This document shows, piece by piece, positions 51,864 through 61,714 of a stretch of 64,000 bases of DNA. The stretch is taken from positions 140,855-204,854 of the forward strand of contig URXA01000002.1 in assembly GCA_900551745.1 (NCBI GenBank), written 5' to 3'. A program made the position numbers and the translations under genes. Position 1 is the first letter of the stretch. Every line of letters begins with the position of its first letter. Below the pieces are notes generated by a model, which was not told the DNA's origin, did not search any database, and saw nothing but the letters and a program-made list of their open reading frames with translations. The DNA comes from an uncultured Phascolarctobacterium sp. (GTDB lineage: Bacteria > Bacillota > Negativicutes > Acidaminococcales > Acidaminococcaceae).

Positions 51864-52062
51864 TCAAAATTTACGGCTGTAAAGATCGGTCACCTTAACC
51901 TGCAGTGCTCTTGCCAAAGCGTCAAGAACCGGAACAGTCGGATGCCGTTCGCCTAATTCGATCGCACTGATCATACTTGTACTGATACCTGATAATTTAG
52001 ATAAATGCTTTTGCGTCATACGTTTCTCAGTGCGGACTTGGAAACAGATAATAACAAATCAT
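51864..52062 (-). pseudogene. XRE-family HTH regulator with +1 frameshift near codon 7
   Basis: SD AAAGGGGG, ATG 52062 gives MICYYLFPSPH-stop; the +1 frame continues QVRTEKRMTQKHLSKLSGISTSMISAIELGERHPTVPVLDALARALQVKVTDLYSRKF-stop (51864). Confidence 0.82.
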
Positions 52063-52078
52063 AAGCCAGCCCCCCTTT

Positions 52079-52318
52079 CTAGGTGCCTTTTTCTTTAGCT
52101 CCTCCCCGCAGCTTCAAAAAGTTTTCCATACCGGCTTTGGCAAAATAACCGCTGATGATAACAGAAAACGGACCGTCAACATAATCTATCAGCCTGTCCG
52201 GTATTTCTCTGTATATTAACCAAGTGCCGGCCGAAAACATTATGATGCCGACAAATAACCAGGTCACCGTTCCGACAACCTTTTTGGAGAAGCTCAGTTT
52301 TTCATCATCAAGTTCCAT
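52079..52318 (-). CDS. Small membrane protein, putative holin
   Basis: 79 aa, one clear TM plus a second weaker hydrophobic segment, GYFAKAGMEN motif and basic tail; ATG 52318 after SD GGAGGTG. Confidence 0.6.
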   Translation of the reverse strand: MELDDEKLSFSKKVVGTVTWLFVGIIMFSAGTWLIYREIPDRLIDYVDGPFSVIISGYFAKAGMENFLKLRGGAKEKGT

Positions 52319-52354
52319 AGCTTTCACCTCCCTGGCTTTACATTACTATTATCT

Positions 52355-52379
52355 TTATCCACAATGGTGGAATATTATA
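52355..52379 (-). promoter_or_regulatory. Palindromic operator just downstream of a TATAAT -10 heading the cluster
   Basis: TCCAC-AATG-GTGGA at 52358-52371; TATAAT at 52374-52379 (minus). Confidence 0.5.
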
Positions 52380-52615
52380 AGAAATACTTTATTATTTTAA
52401 TGTTTTGCGAATTTTTAAATTGTGAAACATTTTTATTTTTGCTTTTTATCCTCCCATAAGTCCTCGCAGCTGTATCCCAGTACTTAGAAAGGGCAATAAA
52501 AAAGCCCCGCTTACAAAATGTAAACGGGGCTTTCGCCTTTTTCTGTATTTTTACAGGCCTCAGCATGTAAAAAACATGTATCAATATTCACTTTATTACT
52601 TTTAATTTTTTTAGA

Positions 52616-54844
52616 TTACTTAAAGCGTTTTAAACGCAGGGCATTGCTTACTACCGAAACCGAGCTCAGCGACATTGCGGCCGCAGCGATCATCGGGTCA
52701 AGCAGAGGTCCGCCGAAAATGTGCAGCACTCCTGCGGCTACAGGTATACCAATAATATTGTAGCCAAAAGCCCAGAACAGATTTTCTTTAACGTTGCGGA
52801 TCGTAGCCTTACTTAAACGCAGGGTAGTACTGATATTACGAATATCTCCGTTGACCAGCACGACCTGCGCCGATTCTATCGCCACATCAGTCCCGCCGCC
52901 AACGGCAATGCCCAGATCAGCCTGCGCCAAAGCCGGTGCGTCGTTGATACCGTCGCCAACCATGGCGACGATCTCCCCACCCTGCTGGAAGCTTTTGATC
53001 AGCTCGGCCTTATGACCAGGCATCAGCTCAGCTACTACTTCGTCCACGCCAGCCTGCTGCGCAATATAAGCAGCAGCGCGTTTATTATCGCCGGTCAGGA
53101 TAACGGTACGGATATTCAGCTCGTGCAGCTTCTGCATTGCTTCCTGGGTTTCTTCCTTCAACGTATCGGCGATAGCAAAAATACCGCATAAATTACGGCC
53201 GATCGTCAGATAAACGATCGTTTTACCAACTGACGCTAATTTTTCGCCAAGTTCTATGGCATTCGGCGGAATCATTGCCACAGGCTGTACAAAGGACAAA
53301 TTTCCCAACCGTACGTTGGTATTTTCACAACGGGCAGCGATGCCGCCGCCTACCGTAGTTCTAAAATCTGTACATGTCGGCAGTTCCATCCCTGCGGCCC
53401 GTTCTTTGACAGCTACTGCCAGCGGATGAGCTGAACCTTGTTCAATTGCCGCCGCCAGCCTTGTTATCGCTTCTTCTTTGGCTCCATTCCAGCCGATAAC
53501 GTCTGTTACTATCGGTTTGCCCTTCGTAATCGTACCGGTTTTATCAAAAACCGCCATTGTTACATTATGAGCTGTTTCTAAAGCTTCTGCATTTTTGAAC
53601 AGTACGCCTTTTTCAGCACCCTTACCTACAGCGACCATGATTGCCGCCGGTGTCGCCAGTCCTAAAGCGCAGGGGCAGGCAATAACAAGTACGGCAACAA
53701 AGACCTGCATGGCAAATTTACTGCCGGTGCCGGCAAACCACCAGCTCAAGCCGGCAACTAAAGCTATCACCAGCACTACCGGCACAAAAACCGCCGCAAT
53801 TTTATCAGCCGTTTTGGCAATCGGCGCTTTCGAGCCCTGAGCCGCTTCGACCATCTGCATGATCTGCGACAGCATCGTATCCTTACCGACTTTTTCGGCT
53901 TTAAAACGCAGATACCCGTCGGTAACTACTGTAGCCGCAAAAACATTTTCGCCGACACTTTTACCTACAGGCATACTTTCACCGGTCAGCATCGATTCGT
54001 CAATACTGGCGTGCCCGTCTGTGATCACCCCGTCGACCGGTATCTGATTGCCTGGGTGGACGATAACTATATCACCTGTCAGGATCGCTTCACGCGGAAT
54101 CTCTACCTCTTCGCCGTCCTTCCAGATAAAGCCTGTTTTCGGCGCCAGGTTAAGCAGGCTGCTGATAGCGTGTCCAGCTTCACCTTTCGCGCGCATTTCT
54201 AAAAACTTACCACACAAAACAAAGGTCAAAATAGCGCCGGCAGATTCAAAATAAAGACTATGCACAGCATGAGGATTTATTTTTGCCAGAACTTCGTAGG
54301 TTGAATAGCTGCTGTAAATAAACGCAGCACCCGTACCTAAAGCAACCAGTGTATCCATTGACGGAACACCATTTTTCAAGCTGATGATACCATTTTTGAA
54401 AAACGGACCGCCGGCATACAATATCGGCAGCGTTAACAACAACTGCACAAAAGCATAGACATCGCTCATCTGATTCGGATCTATCGGTACCGGTAAAAAT
54501 TTACCAGGAACCATCGGCGCCATCGCCAAATATAACAGCGGCACAAAAAAGAAAGCCGCCACTTTCAAACGTTTCTTTAAATCAAGGGCATCCTGTTCCG
54601 CCCTCTGTTCCGCTGTCGATTCTTCGCCCGGCGCATCATGGACGACACCAAAGCTCATTCTGGTCACAGCTTCTTCCATCTGCTCTATGGTAGCCTGATT
54701 TTCATCATAACGCACCAACGCCGACTGAGTCGCCAGATTGACTTCCGCTCTGTCGACGCCGGGAACCTTCTTCAATGAACGTTCCACACCATTAGAACAG
54801 GCAACGCAATGCATTCCTGAAATTTTAATAGTTATTGTTTTCAT
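52616..54844 (-). CDS. copA: Copper-translocating P1B-type ATPase
   Basis: GMHCVAC HMA domain, TGES, CPC, DKTGT, HP, GDGIND, YN and MSLSS. Confidence 0.93.
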   Translation of the reverse strand: MKTITIKISGMHCVACSNGVERSLKKVPGVDRAEVNLATQSALVRYDENQATIEQMEEAVTRMSFGVVHDAPGEESTAEQRAEQDALDLKKRLKVAAFFFVPLLYLAMAPMVPGKFLPVPIDPNQMSDVYAFVQLLLTLPILYAGGPFFKNGIISLKNGVPSMDTLVALGTGAAFIYSSYSTYEVLAKINPHAVHSLYFESAGAILTFVLCGKFLEMRAKGEAGHAISSLLNLAPKTGFIWKDGEEVEIPREAILTGDIVIVHPGNQIPVDGVITDGHASIDESMLTGESMPVGKSVGENVFAATVVTDGYLRFKAEKVGKDTMLSQIMQMVEAAQGSKAPIAKTADKIAAVFVPVVLVIALVAGLSWWFAGTGSKFAMQVFVAVLVIACPCALGLATPAAIMVAVGKGAEKGVLFKNAEALETAHNVTMAVFDKTGTITKGKPIVTDVIGWNGAKEEAITRLAAAIEQGSAHPLAVAVKERAAGMELPTCTDFRTTVGGGIAARCENTNVRLGNLSFVQPVAMIPPNAIELGEKLASVGKTIVYLTIGRNLCGIFAIADTLKEETQEAMQKLHELNIRTVILTGDNKRAAAYIAQQAGVDEVVAELMPGHKAELIKSFQQGGEIVAMVGDGINDAPALAQADLGIAVGGGTDVAIESAQVVLVNGDIRNISTTLRLSKATIRNVKENLFWAFGYNIIGIPVAAGVLHIFGGPLLDPMIAAAAMSLSSVSVVSNALRLKRFK

Positions 54845-54849
54845 AAGCT

Positions 54850-55056
54850 TTATTTTTCAACAGTGAAACCAGCTTCTTTTACTGCACTTTCCAACTGCTC
54901 CACTGTAGCCGGGGCTTCATATTCTACAACTGCCATGCACTGCTCCAGGTCTACTGCTGCGTGTTTTACGCCCGGTACATCCTCCAATGCCATTTTTACA
55001 CTGGCAACACAACCTGCACATGACATACCAAAAATATACATACTCGCTTTTTCCAT
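54850..55056 (-). CDS. copZ: Copper chaperone (HMA domain)
   Basis: GMSCAGC, 68 aa, directly upstream of copA. Confidence 0.88.
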   Translation of the reverse strand: MEKASMYIFGMSCAGCVASVKMALEDVPGVKHAAVDLEQCMAVVEYEAPATVEQLESAVKEAGFTVEK

Positions 55057-55460
55057 AATTTATGCCTCCATTTCGGAATTTAAATTTGCTTCAGCGTTAC
55101 CACTAAAAACCAGCAACGTTAATTTAAGGTTAGCGAAAGCTATCCTTACACATCTTATAAATCAATCTTAACAACCTGTAAAGCCTTTGTCAAATAATAC
55201 TGTAAAACAAAAAGATAACTTAAGTTCTTTTAGATAAGGTCAGCAATTCATTCCTTAGATCTATTATAACATATGAGTCATTATTCATATATCTTTTTCT
55301 GCAAAACCTTTGTGAATTATTTTTCTGACTGCCGCATTATTACCACATTTACCTGCTTTTTCTAACTGTCCTGCTTTATTTTTCAACTTCTGTCTATTTT
55401 ACACAAACCAGTTTTGTTTTATACTATATTTTGTAGATTTAACTGAAGAAGGTGTTTTTT

Positions 55461-56033
55461 ATGCGTAATGACAATATTACCAGGCTGACGCTGGCAGGTA
55501 TGTTTGCAGCTTTGGCTTTCGTTTGTTTTACTTATCTGCGGATCGAGATCCCCATGGGCGGCGGTATGACCGGCAAAATTTATATCGGTCACGCTTTTAT
55601 TATCCTGTCCGCTCTGATCCTTGGCGCGAAATACGGAGCACTTACAGGTGCTATAGGTCTGTCACTGGCAGACATTTTAGCCGGTTATACCACATCAGCA
55701 CCGCCGACTTTTTTGTCCAAATTTCTACTGGGACTGGCAGTAGCCTTTATCGCCCATAAAGTTTTTAATCTGGCTGCGGCAGATGACAAAAAAGCGACTA
55801 AGATCGTAACTATAGCGGCTGTTTTCGGCTGTCTGGTCAATGTTATTACCGAACCGCTGATTCGCTATGGCTTTAAAGTCTTCGTGTTAGGACTTCCGCA
55901 CCAGATAGCCTATCTATCTGCAATCAACTGTGCCGTTTCCATGGCGGTAAGCGCTGTGCCTTCCGTCATTTTAGCAGTTTTCCTGTATAAAGCAGTACAG
56001 CACAGTATCCTGAAAAGCTATAAATTTGTTTAA
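55461..56033 (+). CDS. ECF transporter S component (substrate unknown)
   Basis: About 6 TM; AGMFAAL, YIGH, GA..GAIG..LADIL.GY...AP.T. Confidence 0.8.
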   Translation: MRNDNITRLTLAGMFAALAFVCFTYLRIEIPMGGGMTGKIYIGHAFIILSALILGAKYGALTGAIGLSLADILAGYTTSAPPTFLSKFLLGLAVAFIAHKVFNLAAADDKKATKIVTIAAVFGCLVNVITEPLIRYGFKVFVLGLPHQIAYLSAINCAVSMAVSAVPSVILAVFLYKAVQHSILKSYKFV

Positions 56034-56055
56034 CCTTACATTCACAATACCCCTA

Positions 56056-56102
56056 AAAAATGAAGGCCGTTGCTTTTGATGAGCAGCGGCCTTCATTTTT
56101 TA
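56056..56102. terminator. Bidirectional terminator
   Basis: AAAAAATGAAGGCCG...CGGCCTTCATTTTTT. Confidence 0.85.
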
Positions 56103-56130
56103 TAATCATTGTTTTATTTTAAGCTGTCAT

Positions 56131-56613
56131 TTACAGCAATAACAGCAGCCCTGACAGTGAAACTACCGAGATGCAGCCTGCGACAACTTTTTTCATGCGG
56201 GAAGTCTCCTTCTCCCTGCTGTAACACGGCTCACATAAAGCTGCTCTTTCTTTAGCTGAAGCATCAATAAAAGCTTTAGCATAATATCCATCCAACTCGA
56301 GCAGACTGTATTCCCCATTCTCAAATTGAACGGCCAGCTGATACACAGATGCTTTAGGTGGTTTTAGCACTGCCCCCATAAGCTCCTGGCCATATTCTTC
56401 TGTCATCCCTTCAAGCGCACAATCAGACCTTCCTGCGAAAGCATCTTTGATCGCTTCCTCAGTTACAAATTCCCACGTATGAATTGTTTCTTTGCTGATG
56501 ATAATGCCTTCATCAGGTTCTTTAAAATGCATTTTCGTTACGATCATACAAACTGGATTTAAGAAAACAGCACTGCCAGACAAATGCCCCAGGATCACTT
56601 TATTTTTAGCCAT
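56131..56613 (-). CDS. Hypothetical protein with C-terminal membrane anchor
   Basis: 160 aa ORF with SD AAGGA; hydrophobic C-terminus. Confidence 0.65.
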   Translation of the reverse strand: MAKNKVILGHLSGSAVFLNPVCMIVTKMHFKEPDEGIIISKETIHTWEFVTEEAIKDAFAGRSDCALEGMTEEYGQELMGAVLKPPKASVYQLAVQFENGEYSLLELDGYYAKAFIDASAKERAALCEPCYSREKETSRMKKVVAGCISVVSLSGLLLLL

Positions 56614-56889
56614 AAAATCTTCATCCTTCTTTACGACAGATTTTTACTATCATTACAGACTTGGCACTTTACACTTTTTCCCTTCTTCCTGTTATTGATA
56701 CGCAATCTTCTCTGTTATTGCTGCTGTTTATTTCTAGCTTTGCGACCAAGCTCCTGCCTGCATCTTTTAACTTTTACACAAAATTTACGACAAAAGGCAC
56801 AGTACTTTATCTGTACTGTGCCTTTATCTGCAAGATAACCAACCTAAGTCTGCCTTAATATTTTTTATCTGATTTTTACACCGCTCTGA

Positions 56890-58572
56890 TTATTTCTCAG
56901 CCCTGTTAATAGCGCAAAGGATACCCAAAAGCGCAGCTACGTTGATATTACTGTCGATACCAACACCAAAGATATGTCCGTTACCGGGAATCTTCAGTTC
57001 TATATAACAAATACCCTTCGCGTCAGAACCGCGGGAAATAGCATGTTCGTGATAATTAACAAATTCATAGCCCTCTACACCTATCCCTGCCAGCGCCTGG
57101 AAGAATGCATCTATCGGGCCGTTGCCGACCCCGGCAACATCTTCCATCTCACCGCAAACATCTATTTTTCCTTCAAAACGAGTATGTGTAGTACCATCCA
57201 GCTCCCGTTGCTCCAGGAAGCTGTGGGAAGCCAGTTTGTATTTACCGTCAAACTCTACATATTCACGGTTAAACAAGTCAACGATCTGTTCTTCCTTCAA
57301 TTCATCACCAAAAGCATCGGAAGCAGCCTTCACGATATTGCCAAATTCAGGATGCATTTCTTTCGGCAGCCTGTAACCGACAGCATGCTGCAGCACGAAA
57401 GCTGCGCCGCCTTTGCCGGATTGGCTGTTGATACGGATAACAGGTTCGTATTCACGGCTCAGATCGGCAGGATTGATCGGCAGATACGGTACCTCCCAAT
57501 AAGGTGTATCACTTTCCGCCATATATTCGTAACCCTTACGGATAGCATCCTGATGCGAACCGGAGAAAGCGGTAAACGCCAATTCACCCGCATAAGGCTG
57601 ACGCTCGGGCACCTTCATCTTGGTACAGGCCTCATAGATTTTTTTGATCGCCAGAATATTAGAAAAATCAAGCTCCGGATCAACACCCTGAGTATACATA
57701 TTCAAAGCAACTGTCACAATATCAAGATTGCCAGTGCGCTCACCGTTGCCGAACAAGGTTCCTTCGATACGGTCCGCTCCGCCCAGCAGGGCAAGTTCAG
57801 CCGCAGCAACGCCTGTCCCGCGGTCATTATGCGGGTGAATGCTGATAATAGCAGCTTCCCTGTTTTTCATCTTCGTGCAGAAATATTCGATCTGGTCCGC
57901 ATATGTGTTCGGTGTCGACATTTCCACTGTTGAAGGCAGATTCAGAATGATTGGGTTCTCTTTCGTTGACCCCAGGGTTCCCATTACCGCCTCACAGATT
58001 TCAATGGCAAAATCGATTTCAGTACCGGTAAAGCTTTCAGGAGAATATTCATACCGAATATTCATACCGCTGCTGACGATTTCTTCCTCAGTCAGCTGAC
58101 GAATAAGTTTTGCACCCTCCACTGCGATCTTGATAATGCCTGGCATATCTTCTTTAAATACGACCTTCCTCTGTAAGGTAGAGGTAGAATTATAAAAATG
58201 TACGATAACGTTTTTGGCACCTTTAACTGCTTCAAAAGTTTTTTTGATCAGTTCCGGACGCGCCTGCACCAGTACCTGAATCGTTACATCATCGGGAATA
58301 TGATGCCCTTCGATCAAAGTGCGCAGGATCTCATATTCGGTTTCAGATGCAGACGGAAAACCAACTTCTATTTCTTTAAAGCCAATATCTACCAGAGTCT
58401 TGAACATCAGCAGCTTTTCTTCCAGCTGCATCGGCGTAACCAAAGCCTGATTCCCGTCGCGCAGGTCAACACTGCACCAAATCGGCGCCTTGGTGATAGT
58501 TTTATTCGGCCATTGGCGATTCGGCCACTGGAGCGGCTGAAAAGGAATATACTGTTTACTTGCTTGTTTCAT
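56890..58572 (-). CDS. leuA: 2-isopropylmalate synthase (yeast/actinobacterial type)
   Basis: SVDLRDGNQAL, HPHNDRG, GNGERTGN, SGSHQDAI, INSQSGKGG, GNGPID. Confidence 0.96.
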   Translation of the reverse strand: MKQASKQYIPFQPLQWPNRQWPNKTITKAPIWCSVDLRDGNQALVTPMQLEEKLLMFKTLVDIGFKEIEVGFPSASETEYEILRTLIEGHHIPDDVTIQVLVQARPELIKKTFEAVKGAKNVIVHFYNSTSTLQRKVVFKEDMPGIIKIAVEGAKLIRQLTEEEIVSSGMNIRYEYSPESFTGTEIDFAIEICEAVMGTLGSTKENPIILNLPSTVEMSTPNTYADQIEYFCTKMKNREAAIISIHPHNDRGTGVAAAELALLGGADRIEGTLFGNGERTGNLDIVTVALNMYTQGVDPELDFSNILAIKKIYEACTKMKVPERQPYAGELAFTAFSGSHQDAIRKGYEYMAESDTPYWEVPYLPINPADLSREYEPVIRINSQSGKGGAAFVLQHAVGYRLPKEMHPEFGNIVKAASDAFGDELKEEQIVDLFNREYVEFDGKYKLASHSFLEQRELDGTTHTRFEGKIDVCGEMEDVAGVGNGPIDAFFQALAGIGVEGYEFVNYHEHAISRGSDAKGICYIELKIPGNGHIFGVGIDSNINVAALLGILCAINRAEK

Positions 58573-58627
58573 AAATATTTGCCTCCAATCTGTTTATGCC
58601 GGCGCAGCGGCCCAACTTCGGAAGCGG

Positions 58628-58890
58628 AAATAAAAAATCCCCGCTCCCTACGATAAATGCATAGGGGCGAGGAACTGTTCTCCACGCGGTACCACCCTAA
58701 TTCAGCTGCCATGCAGCCCTCTCAGCCTCAAACAAGGCCCAGGCTCTTAACGTTGCCACACGTTCCGCTCTACATATCAAGCAGACAACTCCGGGATGAG
58801 CTATCCATAAAACTTTTGCCATCGACTTGCACCAACCGTCGACTCTCTGAGGCCTGCCAGTTTTATCTTGTTCCCTTCACAGTCTTTGAG
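58628..58890 (-). ncRNA. T-box leader (Leu) of leuA
   Basis: GGGTGGTACCGCGT at 58684-58697; terminator CCTCGCCCCTA...TAGGGAGCGGGGA-TTTTTT; specifier CUC at 58798-58800. Confidence 0.9.
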
Positions 58891-59147
58891 GTGAAAATTT
58901 TTGAATTGTTAAACGTAATTATACCTACTTGCCTGCTACTTGTCAAGAGAAAATATATACCCCTGAAACGTCATTTTAATTAAAATGATTACATAAACTA
59001 AATAAAAAGCATACTTTTACTGCATATTATAACAACAGTATTTATTTTAAAATCCTGTTTTAACTAATTAAAAGAAGTTTCTTTCATATTAGGTCAAAAA
59101 GAAAACCCGCACAAACTGTGCGGGTTTTGAACTGCTGTTCCCAATGA

Positions 59148-59540
59148 TTAACGTTTCGAAAACTGGCTTGCTTTACGTGCTTTTTTAAGACCGTATTTAC
59201 GACGTTCTTTTTCGCGCGGATCGCGAGTCAGGAAGCCAGCTTTTTTCAAAGCCGGACGATATTCAGCGTCAACGTCGAGCAAAGCACGAGCGATACCATG
59301 ACGGATCGCACCTGCCTGACCGGAAATACCGCCGCCAATAACATTTACGAGCACGTCGTATTTGCCTTTGGTTTCAGTAATTTCAAGCGGTTGGTTAACG
59401 ATGAGTTCCAATGTTTTCAGACCAAAATAATTGGTCAGCTCACGGCCGTTAATAACGATTTTACCTTCACCCGGAACCAGGCGAACGCGAGCAACTGAAG
59501 ATTTGCGACGACCAGTCGCACTATAAGTAACTAATGCCAT
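59148..59540 (-). CDS. rpsI: 30S ribosomal protein S9
   Basis: [26 protein letters not shown]. Confidence 0.99.
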   Translation of the reverse strand: MALVTYSATGRRKSSVARVRLVPGEGKIVINGRELTNYFGLKTLELIVNQPLEITETKGKYDVLVNVIGGGISGQAGAIRHGIARALLDVDAEYRPALKKAGFLTRDPREKERRKYGLKKARKASQFSKR

Positions 59541-59559
59541 TTACGTTTCCTCCTCCGGA

Positions 59560-59997
59560 TTATCTTACGTTGATTTCTAAAGTTTCAGGTTTTTGAGCTG
59601 CATGCGGGTGTTCAGAACCAGCATATACGTGCAGTTTGGTGTAGATCTGGCTGCCAAGGCGATTTTTAGGAATCATGCCTTTAACTGCGAGCTCTACCAT
59701 TCTAACCGGGTTCTTAGCAAGCATATCGCCAGCTTTAGTGTAGCTGTCACCGCCAAGATAACCGGAATGACGGAAGTAAACTTTTTGAACCAGTTTTTTA
59801 CCGGTCAAAACTACTTTCTCAGCATTGATGATGATAACATGATCTCCGGTATCCATATGCGGAGTAAATGTCGGTTTGTGTTTGCCACGAAGGATTTTTG
59901 CAACTTCGGCTGCCATGCGGCCAAGAGTTTTATCAGCTGCGTCAACAACGAACCATTTACGTTCGATATTGGACGGATTAGCCATAAAAGATTTCAT
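59560..59997 (-). CDS. rplM: 50S ribosomal protein L13
   Basis: [29 protein letters not shown]. Confidence 0.99.
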   Translation of the reverse strand: MKSFMANPSNIERKWFVVDAADKTLGRMAAEVAKILRGKHKPTFTPHMDTGDHVIIINAEKVVLTGKKLVQKVYFRHSGYLGGDSYTKAGDMLAKNPVRMVELAVKGMIPKNRLGSQIYTKLHVYAGSEHPHAAQKPETLEINVR

Positions 59998-59999
59998 CC

Positions 60000-60085
60000 T
60001 TATGTCCCTCCCTAAAGTATTTCCTGTTCGATGTAATTTTATCGTTTCTCTCCGGGGCTAGTGGAGATAGGCGTAAAATCACGTA
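60000..60085 (-). ncRNA. L13 ribosomal protein leader
   Basis: 5' UTR of rplM containing CACTAGCCCCGG. Confidence 0.55.
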
Positions 60086-60131
60086 TGTATATTGTAACCA
60101 TCTTGACATTTTTTGTCAAGCAAAATCAAGA

Positions 60132-60908
60132 TTATTTTCTGATTTTTTCAATATCTGCCAGAAAATGCGGCATATAACCAACATAATCTAAATAAAGTCC
60201 CTGAGGCGGCGCCGGTGCATCCTTAAAATGGCGCTTGCCTGCTGCAAACTCACTTTTAAATGCAGCAATACTTTTAGTGCCTTTACCGACTTCTACCAGA
60301 TGCCAGACGATATTACGCACCATATGATATAAAAATCCATTGCCTTCAATGCAGAATTCCAGTTCTCCCTGCTCTTTTTGCAGCCATTCAGCTCGGTAAA
60401 TCGTTTTAACAGGCGAACTTTGTACACTGCCGGACGAACGGAAAAACGAAAAATCATGTGTTCCCAAAAGCAGCTGTGCTGCTTCCTGCATTGCTTCAAG
60501 CCGCAGATATTCCCGCATCTGCCAGACATAGTTGCGCAGGAAAGGGTCAACGTGTTTATTCTGCACTATTCGATAACAATAACGTTTCCAAAAAGCGCTG
60601 TAACGTGCGTGAAAGCCTGTCTCAGCTTCTTCAGCCTGCCACAGCACTATATCCTCCGGAAGCAATCCCGCACACGCCCTGACCAGATTAGCGGCCGGTA
60701 TAGTGCCGTTAGTTGTCAGCGATACGACCTGCCCCCGTGCATGCACACCCGTATCAGTACGTCCAGAACCGTCTGTAACGATTTTTTCGCCGCAGAGCAA
60801 GGATAGTTTATCATCAAGCACCCGCTGCACTGTAAGGGCATTAGCCTGCTTCTGGAAGCCATGATAATTAGTGCCGTCATAAGCCACTGTTAATTTCAGA
60901 GTACGCAT
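60132..60908 (-). CDS. truA: tRNA pseudouridine(38-40) synthase
   Basis: YDGTNYHGFQ, GRTDTGVHA, FHARY, FLYHMVR, APPQGL. Confidence 0.97.
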   Translation of the reverse strand: MRTLKLTVAYDGTNYHGFQKQANALTVQRVLDDKLSLLCGEKIVTDGSGRTDTGVHARGQVVSLTTNGTIPAANLVRACAGLLPEDIVLWQAEEAETGFHARYSAFWKRYCYRIVQNKHVDPFLRNYVWQMREYLRLEAMQEAAQLLLGTHDFSFFRSSGSVQSSPVKTIYRAEWLQKEQGELEFCIEGNGFLYHMVRNIVWHLVEVGKGTKSIAAFKSEFAAGKRHFKDAPAPPQGLYLDYVGYMPHFLADIEKIRK

Positions 60909-61714
60909 AATGCGTTCCCCCAGCGAATAAACGCCATCAGACCAATCAAAACAAACACTGTTGCCAGTGCCGCATAGTCACGTCCATAATAAACGAGCTC
61001 GTGCATACGGCTGCGTCCTTCTCCTCCGCGATAACAACGTGCTTCCATTGCTACCGCCAGATCATCGGCACGTCTGAACGCACTGATAAAAAGAGGTATC
61101 AAAAGCGGCAGCATATTTTTGGCTCTCTGCATCAGATTGCCGCTGGAAAAATCAGCTCCGCGTGCGGTCTGGGCCTTCATGATCCTGTCTGTTTCTTCAA
61201 GCAGCGTAGGTATAAACCGTAAGGCGATCGTCATCATCATTGCCAGCTCATGTGCCGGTACGCCAAAACGTTTAAAAGGGCGCAGAAGAGCCTCGATCCC
61301 GTCAGTCAAAACTATTGGCGACGTCGTAAATGTCAGTATCGAAGAAATCAGCAGCAGCAGGATCAGGCGCATCGACATTTTCAGACCCATTTCCAGACCT
61401 TCCTGCGTTACTTTAAAAAACTTCCAGGAAAAAATTACATTTTCACCCTGCCCTGTAAACATATGGATTACCATTGTCAGAACAATGATGATCCACAACG
61501 GCTTTATTGATTTTAGAACCAGCATCAGCGGCAGACGTGATAAAAGAATGATCAAAAATACGAAGCCCCAAAGTATTCCATAAGATACGGCTCCTGAGGC
61601 CAGAAAAATAGCGACAATAAAAAATAATGTTATCAGGATCTTCGTCCGCGGGTCCAACTTATGAATCAGGGAATTTCCCGGGTAATATTGTCCAAGCGCA
61701 ATGTCAGTCAGCAT
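60896..61714 (-). CDS. ecfT: ECF transporter transmembrane T component
   Basis: LDPRTK, ALRFIP, AQTARG, AMEARCY. Confidence 0.95.
   Translation of the reverse strand: MLTDIALGQYYPGNSLIHKLDPRTKILITLFFIVAIFLASGAVSYGILWGFVFLIILLSRLPLMLVLKSIKPLWIIIVLTMVIHMFTGQGENVIFSWKFFKVTQEGLEMGLKMSMRLILLLLISSILTFTTSPIVLTDGIEALLRPFKRFGVPAHELAMMMTIALRFIPTLLEETDRIMKAQTARGADFSSGNLMQRAKNMLPLLIPLFISAFRRADDLAVAMEARCYRGGEGRSRMHELVYYGRDYAALATVFVLIGLMAFIRWGNALCVL

Noticed and set aside
47602..52327. Prophage interpretation of the holin/amidase/XRE genes
   Set aside because: No integrase, terminase, capsid, tail or replication genes are present. Composition resembles the host, and the lysis-type genes bracket non-phage cargo. 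A domesticated phage origin remains possible.
52355..52363. Replication origin suggested by TTATCCACA
   Set aside because: Single box with no cluster and no dnaA/dnaN context.
55060..55455. Riboswitch before the ECF S component, or CsoR/CopY operator before copZ
   Set aside because: No recognisable TPP/FMN/B12/SAM/THF core and no clear CsoR or CopY palindrome.
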